The notes under the pieces: generated by a model
What the model was told of the DNA's origin: nothing
Seen by the model: only the letters and a program-made list of their open reading frames with translations
The model's database searches: none
DNA from: Takakia lepidozioides
Lineage: Eukaryota > Plantae > Bryophyta
Length of the DNA stretch: 64,000 bases
Reading direction: 5' to 3'
Assembly (NCBI GenBank): GCA_030704615.1
Contig: CM060731.1
Coordinates: 22,816,001-22,880,000, forward strand
Shown here: positions 22,195 through 34,580 of the stretch, piece after piece
Layout of the letters: every line of letters starts with the position of its first letter
How positions within the stretch are numbered: position 1 is the first letter of the stretch
Position numbers and translations under genes: made by a program

Positions 22195-25100
22195 AAAAAT
22201 CGGGACCGCCTACGTTGGTGGTCCCGATTTTTCAATTAATTTTCTAAATAAAAGAGAAAATCGGGACTGTGGGCGTTGGTGGTCTCTATTTTTCAATAGA
22301 TTTTAAAACTGACAGGAAAAATCTAGACTACTAACGTTGGCGTCATTTTTTTTTATTAAAAATAAAAAGTAAAATTAGGATTGTCAATGTTAGCGGTCCC
22401 GATTTTATTTCTATTAAAAAAAATGGAACTTAGGACTACCAGCGCTGGCGGTCCCAATTTTATTTTATTTTTAAATTAAATAAAAAATATGAAACCGATA
22501 ATGCATGCAATCCATAGAAGTAAACACACTAGTCACTACATGAGATCATTGTTTTTTTTACATTAAGGGTAGTTGAAACCTGACTTTTTTTACACCTAAT
22601 ATGACACCCATGTAAAATATTGATGGTGTAAACTAGTCTACACTAAGCTCACACCTTCTGTGGTCAACAGTCATTGACCGAAAATGTATCGAACAGTGTA
22701 CAAGGCTTATGTCACACTTGTGTGAGAATCAGCCATATAGGGTAAGTCATTCCAACAACTATTGCCATGAGGCGGCTGTAGCAAAATAATATGCCACATT
22801 ACAAGAAAACCACTAAAATCAGATCAATTTCTCTTTTCCTTAATGAGAATATTGTGGATATCTTCCATCCGATTAGTAAAGACATCGATCTTTCTTTCAA
22901 CGCCCATAACCTTGGAATCGAGTGATCATGTCATACCAGCGTGGCGTAATCCACTCTAGTGTGACATAATCCTTGTAACATTTCTCACACCATATATAGT
23001 AAAAATGCCACATCAAATAGTTGAACCTCATTTTGACTATGCATGTTGATCAAGGCTTGTCTCATACCCATGTAGAGTAAGTCACACTATCAGGATACGT
23101 AGATATGTGAGAATGACAGGTGACAAATGGATGATTTATTTGGATGAATGTTATAGGAATTATGTCATTCATATGTGGGATGAGTTCACATGTAAGGGAC
23201 TGGGGTTTTTTCAAGAGAAGAACGAAGAAGAATGGAGAAGTGGACTGTCCACAGAGCATACGACCGTCCATTGCCCACTCCGACTCATATCTGTGCTGGG
23301 CAAGAGATATGTGAGAGGTGGGGCAAGAGACATGCCTAGTTTAGCACAGTTCGGACAATATTGTAGAGAGGTCGTGGGCCTCGTGAGGTATCTCGAATAT
23401 GAGAAATCATGTTGCATGACTATGACGGTGATATAACTATGACTAGACGTGTCGCACTCTTTATATTTTAAAGTTCGTTATGGTTATATACAATCAAACC
23501 ACTTATGTTGTGCATATAGTGTAATAGGTGTGTTGGTTAGTGTATAGCGACTTACTGATGTTATAATGAGGAGGTCTTAGATTCAAATGTATATTGTCTA
23601 GTAATGTGTGGGATGGTGTGCGTTCAACCGTTGACCTGGGATGGGGCGGGGTCAACGGTCAACACATATTTCAAATTTTGAATTTTTAAACCGCAAAATT
23701 TAAAATTTAAAATTGAATTTAAAACTTGAAATTGAATGTTGAATTTTGAATTTTATCACGTTGTCAAGCAGGCTGTCAGATAAGCCGTCAAAAAATCCAG
23801 TCAAAACGGATATAAGAAAAATCAGTTAAAATGGATGATATAAAAACTGTGTAAAAAATTGTCAGCTAGTATGGGCGTCACATTAGGGTGTGGTCATGTG
23901 TAAGATGGTTTTTTCGACACAGGGTGGTGCAAATGACACGGTTTACCTAGCATCCGGGGGGATGTGAGTGGCTGCGATTTCTTACACCTCCAGGTGTAAG
24001 AAAAGATGCAAAAAAATCCAGGTTCTCTTGTAGTGAGTGAAGCTTCTATCACTGTTTAGCATGTTAGCAGCAATGGGCTAATGAGGATACTCAGCCTTAA
24101 ACAAGCATAAACTCCAACCACAAATCTCTTCATGGATTGCATAACCGTGGTCTCACTTAGTTGGCAGTACTCATCCGTGGCATCAACAGTAATACCGTTA
24201 GTAAGCATTCGCAAAACAGCTATGCATTTCTGAATGCTTGATAAACCCATGATTCCACACCTATCAACCCTCTGCTCAAAATAGGGGTCGTGGATAACAA
24301 GAGTGTCATTAATAGTTGTATGGTGTTTTTTTCCTTTAAATCAGACCTGAAATTATTATCGATAATTGCAGTCTCTATATGCAGGTACTGGTTCCACCAT
24401 TTGCAGCTTGGTGGAGATCATTTGGGAGTGTCCCAACACACCTCCACATGCACTTGTTTCGGATAAAAAAGATGGATGAAAAACAGCCATACCGACATAT
24501 TAACACACCAGACGGTGGTTTGAACCCACAACCACAACCAACGTGGTATGTGCCCATTACCACTGGGCTACATGTTGGTTGTCGGACCACTTGTTTCTTA
24601 GATTAAATTCGTTGGCGGTCCCGTTCTTTTTTTCAGATAAATTTAAATTAGGACCGCCAGCGCAGGTGGTCTCGTCCGTTTTTTTTAAATAATAATAAAT
24701 CGGGTCCACTAGTGAAGGCGGTGGTGCAATTAAGAAAAAGTCGGGGCCGCCCTTGCTAGCGGTCCCATTTCATTTCAAATAATGAATAAAGGAGTTTTAT
24801 TCGGGACTGGTTAATTCTAGAGTGGTCAAGGAATTATCGTGGTCCAGGAGTTAAAAGAGGGGGCCAATGTAATAAGACCACCTGTATTAATTAACGAAAT
24901 GAAGGGTCCCAAAAAAGACGGCAAGAAGTTGATAGCTATTAAATAGGGGATGGTGATATCTATTAAATTGGGGACATGTGTCAAGTGGTGGGAGTGGGCC
25001 TGATTAGGGTCTGCCACGTCTCCCACCCTTCTAGAAGGGTCCCACCGCCCTCACAAGGTATATGTACGAAAGTGGGGCTCTTCCTACTTAAGTAAGTAAC

Positions 25101-28100
25101 TACTTACTAAATTAATAGCTTATTACTAGCTAGGGGGCTATGCAGACGCAGGGCTCCAAAAGAAAAGAAAACAAGAACCATAGATCTATTAATTAATATA
25201 GAGATAATATAGCTTTGAACCATATATCTATTATAATGAATAAATCGGGACCACCAGTGCTGGCGGTCCCAATTGTTTTCTTCATAAAAATAAAATCCGG
25301 ACCGCCATTTTGTTTTTAAATAATAATAAAATCGAGACCGCCAGAGCTGATGGTCCTGATTTTGGTAAAAATTTTAAAAACAAATTGGGACCGCCCTTGC
25401 TGGCGGTCCCGTTTTATTTTAAATAATAAATAGATCAGGACCACCAGCGCTGGCGGTTTCGATTTGTTTTTTTTTTTCATAAAAATAAAATAGGGACCGC
25501 TGGTTTTTAGGTAAAAATTAAATCAGGACCGCCTGCGCTGATTAAAAATTGGCGCTGGCGGTCCCGATTTAATTTAGATAATTGAGGTCAGGTAGCGTGC
25601 ATTAAGAAAACACCTGAGTGCCAATGCACACTTGTTTCCCAGGATTTTTTAATTTTTTAATTTTTATTTTATCCCATGGGCTAGAAAATGGTGGATGGTT
25701 TTATATGTCCTATTATGTTTCAAATTTTGTTTTCCCTTTTATCTATATAACCTCAGTTATATATTTTAAGGTATCTCAAAACTTTAATTTGAGCTCTCTA
25801 AAAGTGAATAATTAAACTATTCCCTCAGTTATATTTTTTGAGGTATCTCAAATTTTTATTTTTATTTTTAAAAAATTAAATAAATAAAAATTATCTCAAT
25901 TTTTTTTTTGAGGTAACTCAAAACTTTAGTTTGAGCTTTTAAAAGTAATTAATTAGAAAAAACAAATCGGGACCGGTTGTTTCTTAGATAAAATTCGCTG
26001 GTGGTCCTGTTTCTCTTTCAAATCAACATTTAAATCAGCACCCATTTTTTTCCCCCCCAAGTAATGAGTAAATCGGGATCGCCAACACTTGCGGTCCTGA
26101 TTTTTTTTTAATTGACAATTAAATTAGGACCGTTAGTGCTGTCGGTGCCCACTGACGGTCCTATTAGTTCTATAAATAAAACCCAATGGGAACTGCCACC
26201 ACCATCGTATTGCGATGGTTGCACGAGAACAGCGAGTCTTCTGCAAGAATTATTTGACATTGCTTTGACGAATGCTTTGAGATTGATTTGAGATGGCTTC
26301 CATGAAGATGTCCACCTTCTTGTTATAAGAGGTAAAAAATAAAAAAGAGTTGGACCCGAAAATATTAATATTAATATTAAAGGTCCCAATTTATTTTTTT
26401 TAAGTTATTTACTTTTTGAAAGCTGAGATTAAAGTTTCGAGATACCTCAAAAAATATAATAGAGGTAAAATTTCTATTTATTTAATTTTGAAAAACTAAA
26501 ACTGAAATTTTGAGATACCTAAAAAAACATAACTGAGGTAATAGTTTAATTACATATTTTTAAAGAGCTTAAACTAAAATTTTGAGATACCTCAAAAAAC
26601 ATAACTGAGGTTATATGGATAAAAAGGGAAAACAAAATTTGAAAGAATGGTAGAATGTATCAAACCATCTGCCATTTTCCAGCCTCCGAAAAAAAACAAA
26701 AACCCTGCAAAACAAGTATGCATGAGCGCTCAAGCGTTTTCTTAATGCACGCCGATTGACCTCAATTATCTAAATTAAATTGGGACTACCAACGCCGATT
26801 TTTAATCAGCGCTGGCAGTCCCGATTTAATTTTTATAAAAAACAAGCGGCCTGAATTATATCATTATTTAAAAATAATAATTAGGACCACCAGCGCTGGT
26901 GCTCCTAATTTATTTATTATTTAAAAGAAAACGGGACCGCCAGTAAAGGTGGTCCAATTCTTTTTCTAATTTGACCAAAATCGGGACCACCAACACTTTC
27001 CAAGAAATGAGTTTCTTCATGAACTAGGGATTCACTTGCACCAAAACCGAATATCCAAGGTTGAGGAAAATTGGCCAAAAACTAAACACTCTGTTGCCAT
27101 GAAACAGAATCAACAGTATCTTAGCAGATCTTTTACGGAGGAGGTTTTAAGAGCTTTGAGAGGAGAGGATGTAGCTTGGGCGGAGATGATGCACAGTGGT
27201 CTAGTGGAGGAGATGAAATGATTATAGAATACTACTGCCAAGCCCCCAATTATTGTGTCTGACCCAATTATTGCATAGATCATCTTTAATTCTTGTTTGC
27301 TTGATGCGCAAGAACGCAAAGTAATGGGGGTGTTTGAGGCAGCTACAACTGCAGTTGATGAGCAAGGCTTTTCACAAAGGGACGGAGGATTAGAGAGGCA
27401 GTATCAGTCCAAGAAAGAAAAGAGGGACGCAACTGTAATGGCGGATCCACTGGCCACAAAGAACCCTCACGATGATATTTCCATAGCTCCTGCAAATGAT
27501 GGGGTGCAGCAGCACAATGGGCTGTTATTACTGGAAGCACGGCCATTACAGAGGGATGAAGAAGTCACCTCAGTACCACGGCCAGCACAACAAGCTTTCA
27601 AAAATTAAATAACTAGAAAAATTTAAATTGGGCCCGTAAAATTTTCATATATTTAATTTTGAAAAAATTAAACTAAAATTTTGAGATACCTCAAAAAACA
27701 AAATTGAGGTTATATAGATAAGAAGGGATAACCAAATTTGAAAGATGGTAGAATGTATCAAACCATCCGCCATTTTTCAGCCCCCGAAAAAAAACAAAAA
27801 CCCTGCAAAACAAGCGTGCATTGGAGCTCAAGCGTTTTCTTAATGCACGTTGTCTGACCTCAATTATCTAAATTAAATTGGGACCACCAGCTCCCATTTT
27901 TAATCAGCGCTGGTACTCCCGTTTTAATTTTTATCTAAAACAAGGCAGCCCCTATTATATTTTTATTTTAAAAAAAAAATTGGGACCGCCAGCGCTGGTG
28001 GTCCTGATTTATTTATTATTTAAGATAAAACGCAACCGCCATCTTTGGTGGTCCTTATTTATTTATTATTTAAAATAAAACTGGACCGCCAGCAATAGCG

Positions 28101-28350
28101 GTCTCGATTTATTTATTATTTAAAAATCAAACGACTGTCCTAAACCTACCCTAAACCCTTAATTTTATGGGAAAAAAAATTGGGGCCACCAGCACTGGTG
28201 GTCCTGATTTATTTGCTATTTAAAATGAAATGGGACCGCCAGCAAGGGTGGTCCCGATTTTTTCTTAATTTTACCCAAATCGGGACCGTCTTCGATGGCA
28301 GTCCCGATTTATTTATTATTTAGAAATGAAACAAGACCGCCAACGTGGGC
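22195..28350. repeat. Clusters of the palindrome GGGACCGCC-N6-GGCGGTCCC in AT-rich spacers
   Basis: Dozens of exact or degenerate copies in clusters at about 22195-22460, 24610-24770, 25245-25570, 25965-26165, 26780-26995 and 27875-28350. Confidence 0.9.
24056..24310 (-). pseudogene. PIF/Harbinger transposase fragment
   Basis: HDPYFEQRVDRCGIMGLSSIQKCIAVLRMLTNGITVDATDEYCQLSETT matches the N-terminal helical region of plant Harbinger/ALP1-like nucleases. Confidence 0.85.
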
Positions 28351-28780
28351 GGGGGTTTATTGATCATTGTTTTGCTATTAATCAATATATCTATGGTTCT
28401 TGTTTACTTTTTTTTTTTGCCCCTACGTCTGCATAGCGCATTATTTATTAAGTTAGTAAGTAGTAGGTAGACATTGAAGAAGGGAATAGTCCCTAAGAAA
28501 AAGAATCAAGAAGGCCAAGGGCTTTATATACCCTCTCGAGGCGGTGGGACCCTTCTAGAAATTTGTCGACTTCTCCTAGAAGGCTGCCTTGAGACACATG
28601 TTACCTTTACAAACCACCACGTCACACCTTCTTACCCTAATTTGGGGCTCGAATCCTCCCCAATTTAATAGATATTGTCTGGTTTTTTTTTTTTTTTTAC
28701 CCCTCTTACATGATGATTCTTAATTCTTACTATAACCCCCGCTTTTTAATTCCTAGACCAACCTCTAATGGACTGGCCCT
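24800..28780. repeat. Large foldback (inverted repeat with ~1.1-kb arms) plus an internal third partial arm
   Basis: 24800-25960 is inverted relative to ~27640-28780. Examples: TTCTAGAAGGGTCCCACCGCC 25029 vs GGCGGTGGGACCCTTCTAGAA 28540; CTATGCAGACG 25138 vs CGTCTGCATAG 28427; ATAATTGAGGTCA 25578 vs TGACCTCAATTAT 27855. 26400-26990 is an additional copy of the right-arm orientation. Confidence 0.85.
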
Positions 28781-29693
28781 ACATAAACCTGGGACACTTA
28801 TTATGTACCCAGGTATACCCTTCGTATATTCGAGTCTACGTATAAAACATACCCTGGCCTGCCCCTTATAGAATATCCTGACCCGGCCCTACTGGCCAGG
28901 TATTTAATCTCATCATACCCGAACCTGTACCCTATCAAGAACCCAAGTGAGGTTGTTTCTATTAGATATAACCTTCAAAAACACCATATCACTGACAGAA
29001 TATTCACGAAAAGTTCTATGTTTGTCAACAAAGAACTTGGCTCAAGAAGACGTGCAGTCTTCCCACATTTTGCTACCTAATGGTGGAGTGGAGTTTGTTG
29101 GACTGTGTTTCGAGTGCTCACGATTTTTTTTTCATTCCGTTTTTGAATGGGGCGTGTAATGTAGCCATATGCAACGTGCGTGCCAAAATTTGGGAGCGAT
29201 CAAAATTTATTTGGACCCAAAACCACAGTTTCTTCCCTGTTTTGCACTCCAAACTTGATTTGTGTTCTACTTCATGCACTCTTCATAGAGAGTTCTGCAA
29301 TAGTGAGCGAAGAGAACACTTTTTTTTTGGGGCATTTTTTATTGGTCCAAATTTTGGCGAGGCAGTAGCCGTGGGATGCTGGAAGTCGTAGAACAAAATT
29401 GAGCCAAAAACAAAATTGATACGTGCCAGAAACCCCCACTGAAAGGTAGTGCAAACCTATTTATTGGCTTAAAATAAATTTAAATTCAATTAAATTGTGG
29501 AATGGCTTGAGGGGGGAGCGCGTCGATGGGGAGGCAAATGATTTATTCGTCTATTGTGTCTCCGCACATGTTCAAGCACATGCGGGCAAAAGAGGGGCTT
29601 CAACCACATCCGTTCAATGGGTGCAATAGCCGTGCACGCATTGCAGGATTTCTTTTTCGCATTGAACAAAATCCAGATGACAAGAGAACGCCT

Positions 29694-29925
29694 CATTGGA
29701 CAATCGAACGATTTTTTTATTGATCTCGTATTACACAGGGACGTATTAGATGGTACATTGAACACACTGGCCAAGTTTCAAAGCGAACGAAAATCATTTG
29801 GATGAGCAACCATCCGTTGGCCCATTGAACGAATTTTGATTGATCTCATATTACTCTGGGGCCTCTTACATGACACATTGAACATAGTGGCTAAGTCTCA
29901 AAGCGAAACAAAATCATTTCGATGC
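29694..29925. repeat. Tandem duplication of ~120 bp
   Basis: GAACGA..TTGATCTCRTATTAC..ACATTGAACA..GGCYAAGTYTCAAAGCGAA..AAATCATTT occurs twice. Confidence 0.8.
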
Positions 29926-29958
29926 CATTTGAAGCTCTTTTTGTACTGTCTCCTGCCT

Positions 29959-30204
29959 CGTAATGCGGTGCTTCTCCATGTCCACTTTATCCAATATGTT
30001 AATATTCTCCACCTGGAACAGATCCACATATGTGTGGAGAAATCATTAAAAAACAAATGACCATCTCAACTTTTATAAGCCTCATCGCCAACTTCCAGTT
30101 TTGATGGTCATTTGGTTTTTTAAGTTATATACGCATGTGTGGATATGTTCCAGATGGAAGATATTAACATTGGAAAAATAATAGTTGGAGAAGCACCTCA
30201 TTAT
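29959..30204. repeat. Imperfect inverted repeat (hairpin, ~110-bp arms)
   Basis: GGTGCTTCTCCA..TGTTAATATTCTCCACCTGGAACAGATCCACA..CAAATGACCATC pairs with GATGGTCATTTG..TGTGGATATGTTCCAGATGGAAGATATTAACA..TGGAGAAGCACC. Confidence 0.85.
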
Positions 30205-30969
30205 GAAGCAAGAGACATTACAGAAGACCTCAGCATGTTGAACATCTGGATGAAGACTCTTGCCCATCGTTGCTTCAAAGTTCTAGCACTTCTGAAATGA
30301 TCACATGTTTGTTGGTGGAAGCAGACTTCGTAGGCCACATTGATCTCGTACCCATCGAAGACTCCCGTAGGCCACATGAAACGGTTCATGTAATACATTT
30401 TCACAAATGCAATGTGATACATTTGTGAAATGGTATCACATCAACCGTTTAATATGGCCAATGCACGTCTTCCACACCATGGCGGAAATGTTCGTCACTT
30501 GAAAACACAAACACAAATAATCCGTGCAAACAATATCAAGAATTATATGTACTGCAAGTGTTTCATACTGCCAATGTTCATGTAATGGAATTATTTAGGA
30601 ATCGTTTTGCTACTCTCATGCCAACAACATCAGGTCCACTGCGACTGCCATATTCCGAATTCCGTATCAGCCACCACGGACATGAAACCAGAACTTCGCA
30701 CAAAATCTCCAATTCATTCAATTTATGGTGGGCCATGGCTGCAGCCTGCAAGCTGGCCGGGGTGGCTGATACGTCCGTTTGAACATGACAGTCTCAGAGG
30801 ACTTTGGCATGGGAATAACAAAAAGAGTACTACAGAATTCAGCTAAAGGAACAACAATAGCATAAAACACCTTACCGTAAATATGATTGTTGACATTGGT
30901 TGTAACAGCTCCAATCAATAGAGAACTCACACCATCAGTTGCGCTCCAACAGCAGTACCGGTCCCCCGA

Positions 30970-31506
30970 GTAAATAAAATTCCGTTGTAAATAATAAATT
31001 GTATACGCTCGAACCTCACAAATGTCATTTCAACAAAACCGGCCGTGTATTGTGATACTGTTTGTAACTGTGAATGTTTCAATGTTTCTAACATGGTACT
31101 GAGAAAATGATATATTGGATCCATAGGAGTTGGACAACAAACGTTCCATATCTCATTCAACTGTGCGATACTACCATGAGTGGCATGGATAAAAAAATAA
31201 TAGGTGTACATGCGATCTCCGCACGTTTAAGTAGAGACCTAGTATCAAACGTTCGGAGGTCGCATGTGCACTTATTACTTTCCGATCCATGTCTCTCATG
31301 GTAGTGTCGCACAGTTGAATGAGAGGAGACGTTTGTTGTCTAACTCCTACGGAACTAATACATCGTTTTCTCATAACCATATCCGAAACCTTGGAACATT
31401 ACAAATATAAACAGTGAGTCAGTACACAAACCATTTATGTTGCGATGACAGGTGCCAGGGTCGAGCATATGCAATGTAGTATTTACAATGAGATTTTATT
31501 TATTAC
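30970..31506. repeat. Long imperfect hairpin (~260-bp arms, ~18-nt loop)
   Basis: 30970-31228 pairs with 31247-31506; the core CTCATTCAACTGTGCGATACTACCATGAG / CTCATGGTAGTGTCGCACAGTTGAATGAG is nearly perfect. Confidence 0.9.
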
Positions 31507-31585
31507 ATGCACGATCAAAATTGAGTTATGTCTTCATAAAAGAACCATTGTACCGCCAGAAATGTCATATCTACGAGACTATGGT

Positions 31586-33052
31586 CTACTCCGTCTTATA
31601 TACGTCTTTCGGCTCAGGCCAATTGAATGGCTTGCCCATGAACCGAAGTACTACATAGGCTAATGTGACTCTCTCATTCTTGTTGTTGTCGTACAACCTT
31701 TGTAGCATTGAATGCCAACAACCTCCCATAAATTGGTCCTGGAATATACTTTGATCATAATGAACGCCGTCATTTATTCGTACCGCTATCTTCTTAACGG
31801 CAAAGGCCTCCGACGTCATGTCCTGGGGGAAGGGGGGGGGGGGGGGGGGAGGGGGTGACATTCGCATTGAAAACCGATGCAATATCTTTTTCCACCCACC
31901 ATCTTTTCGCAAGTTCCCGGTCCAGCTTGTCTTGGTTTTCAAATTGGTACGGCGAGGCTTTGCGTATGCCCAATGGGGTGGCTAAGCCTCAATCTAGATC
32001 TCATCGGTGCCATCTAGAAAATGCAACAAGATGTTGTCGGGGGACAAGTCGTTGTGTAGGACACCGTTCTTGTGGACAGCATCCATGATGCACACCAGTG
32101 CCCATGCAAGTTTATTTCGCACTTTCCGGAAATGAAGCAAGCGATCGCATTCCTGGAACTCTGATTCCGTTCCCATTTGTTCCAAAATCACCCTGTTGCC
32201 GGAATCGTTGCCCCATTTTCTGTCAAGGTTCATCATGTCGCGTATTGTCCCCCCATTCCACCAGCGAGTGTAACCCTCTACCTCATGTGCATTCACAGCA
32301 AAATACGAGATAACACCTGGATGCTGGAACTTCATTGCCAAACACTCGTCGTTATGTTGTCTCAACGTTTTTTCTGGATTTTTGGACTTGGATTTTTTTC
32401 CCGCTAGCTCCCAATGCTCCGGTATTCTAGAATCGCCAACAATCCTACAGTGACGGACCTTAACATACCCTCTTTCTTTATAAGGGCCAATCTCTACCAC
32501 TTTCGCACTAGAGTTCGGGTAATAAAGACCAGTTGTGCCTCTTCCGCCCGATGACCCCGCCTTCCAAGGGACAACCCTAGTCCGGCGATGTGAATTTTGA
32601 CTTGCTGAGCAAGCCCAATATTCAACATGCCGCATTAACTCGGCTTCGGCGGAGGGCATTCGACCCTCGGTTGTTCTACCATTCCATGTCTTCATTAGCT
32701 GCCTCAAATTCCACGTAGCGTCTTTCGCCATGCTTTGGATCCACCGATTGAACTTCGGCTTGTCCCTGTCCGCTGTCCACTTAGCCCCCGCCAAAGCATT
32801 TGTCATTTTCCTCTCCATATTTTGCTGGAAAATCTGAAACCCCTCCTATCCATGCCTAACATAAGCACTCTCCAGCCTCATCATGTCCATATCATTGAAA
32901 TAATCCGCTACCACTTCTTTCACCTTATCCAAGGCATCCGGTCCCGGGTAGTCTGGCTTGTTGACCTGGCTATCCCGCTCGTGGGCACGTTTTACCTTCC
33001 TCCGCCCCCCAGACGATCCCGCCCCAGAACTTGAATTCACAACCCCCGACAT
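31586..33052 (-). pseudogene. Intronless protein kinase-like gene, disrupted
   Basis: ATG at 33052; in-frame TAG at 32846; then LAGKKSK..ECLAMKFQHPGVI..RWWNGGT..VHKNGVLHNDLSPDNILLHF (catalytic loop). The D[FW]G motif is damaged near 31990 (GATTGAGGCTTAGCC), followed by RWWVEKDI (APE-equivalent) and SEAFAVKKIA beyond a G-tract at 31825-31855. Confidence 0.8.
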
Positions 33053-33371
33053 TGTATAAACCTTTGCCTACTACAGGATCCAAAACCTCAGAAAAATGGC
33101 AATGAACGCGTGTGGATGGTGTCTTCGTAGTTTTCTGCAAAAAACAGGCCACCGGAGATCCGGAAACGGCAAAATGGTGATACGATGATTGTACCGTGAA
33201 CAAGTGTGTGGGACTGACCAATAGAAAAACCGACAAAACCTCCCCCCCCAAATAATCACCTTTGCACCTCCCGTTAGAAGTGCCAAGCAACGAAGTCCGA
33301 AAGAACTACAGGATGCCAAGGAACCACACCACAAGAGGGGCAAAAGTGATCAGAAAAGGAGGGGGGAATGG

Positions 33372-33381
33372 TTTATATAGG
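33372..33381 (-). promoter_or_regulatory. Candidate TATA box of the kinase gene
   Basis: CCTATATAAA on the minus strand ~320 bp upstream of the ATG, with G-box-like GCCACGTGGC at ~33582-33591 further upstream. Confidence 0.4.
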
Positions 33382-33674
33382 CGCCCACTAGCCCCCCCCC
33401 CCAAAAAAAAATGGCATTATGCTTGAAAAGACGCGACAGGCCAGTGGCGCCTCGCCATGTGTCAGCGCGGCGCGACTGGCCAGTCGCACCTCGCCACGCG
33501 CACCCACATGGGAGAGGTCAAGGGTTCAAAACCACCTCCCCCCATCCCATTAATTTCGTTTTTCCTGACCCGTGGCACCTCGCCACGTGGCTGGCTGATG
33601 CACCGTTTCATGATTAAAAATTAAAAACAAAACGCCACACGGCGGGTCCCTGGATTTCTAAGGGAAAAAAAACA

Positions 33675-34090
33675 CGCGACCGCTTATTTTAAAATATAAT
33701 AAAATAAATAAATAAATTACGGGCGACCGCCAATTTGGGCGGTCACTTCATAAATAAATTACGGGCGACCGCCAATATGGGCGGTCGCTTCATTTATAAA
33801 TAAATAAATTACCGGCGACCGCCAATATGGGCGGTCGCTTCATTTATAAATAAATAAATTACCGGCGACCGCCAATATGGGCGGTCGCTTCATTTATAAA
33901 TAAATAAATTACCGGCGACCGCCAATATGGGCGGTCGCTTCATTTATAAATAAATAAATTACCGGCGACCGCCAATACTGGCGGTCGTTTAATTTAATAA
34001 AATATTAAATTACAAGCGACCGCCAATATGGGCGGTCGCTTTTATTAAAAATAATAAATTATATGCGACCGCCAATATAGGTGGACTCAT
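33675..34090. repeat. ~50-bp tandem array (~8 units) with palindromic core GCGACCGCC-AATATG-GGCGGTCGC
   Basis: Identical units start at 33811, 33861 and 33911; flanking units are diverged; spacers are non-unique AT tracts. Confidence 0.95.
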
Positions 34091-34580
34091 TTTTTTAAAA
34101 GAATTAATTAATATTAATAATTGGCCACGTCTGTTTTACACCGTGGCTGCCATGTCATTACAAAGGGTAGAAATAAATCGTAAAAGTCAAATGTAAGAAA
34201 AATTACGTGGGTAAACGTCCGGATTCGACGTAACGTAACGCACGTCGGACGTGACGGCCAACGTGTCAGCGCCACGTCACGTCAGGAATGATAACTAGGC
34301 CTCTCGCATTCTTATTCAATTCCAGATCTGTAAGTGAGGAAGAAATGACATCTTGGAGAAGTTGGCTGCAGGCTTCATGATGTGCCATGTCATACCAGAA
34401 ACCCTTGACAGTGCATATGTGACGGGAAATGATCAGAGGACATAAACCAACATAACTCAGACATAAACCAGCATGCAGGGCATAAGTTGCTGGGTCATAC
34501 ACTCGAGGAGTGAGAGATTTCATTATACAGGTAGCAATATAAAGCAGTAGATTGCATCTGAAGTAAGGGGGAGAGGTAGC

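Larger units (their letters stand above)
21906..34298. mobile_element. Unclassified element, or pair of related elements, with homologous inverted ends and palindrome arrays
   Basis: Left end TAGTTGCTCAAAATGACGTAACGTGGCGTGAACACGT..CCGACGTGC resembles the reverse complement of the right end TAGTTATCATTCCTGACGTGACGTGGCGCTGACACGT..CCGACGTGC. Each end is followed inward by an AT-rich stretch and GACCGCC-N6-GGCGGTC arrays. No TSD or transposase was identified. Confidence 0.5.

Noticed and set aside
22195-28350. Rho-independent terminators or REP elements (GC hairpins followed by T-runs)
   Set aside because: This is plant nuclear DNA and the hairpins are not positioned after genes; TE-type subterminal arrays explain them better.
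33675-34090. CRISPR-like array of palindromic repeats
   Set aside because: The spacers are identical or near-identical AT tracts rather than unique sequences, there are no cas genes, and the context is eukaryotic.
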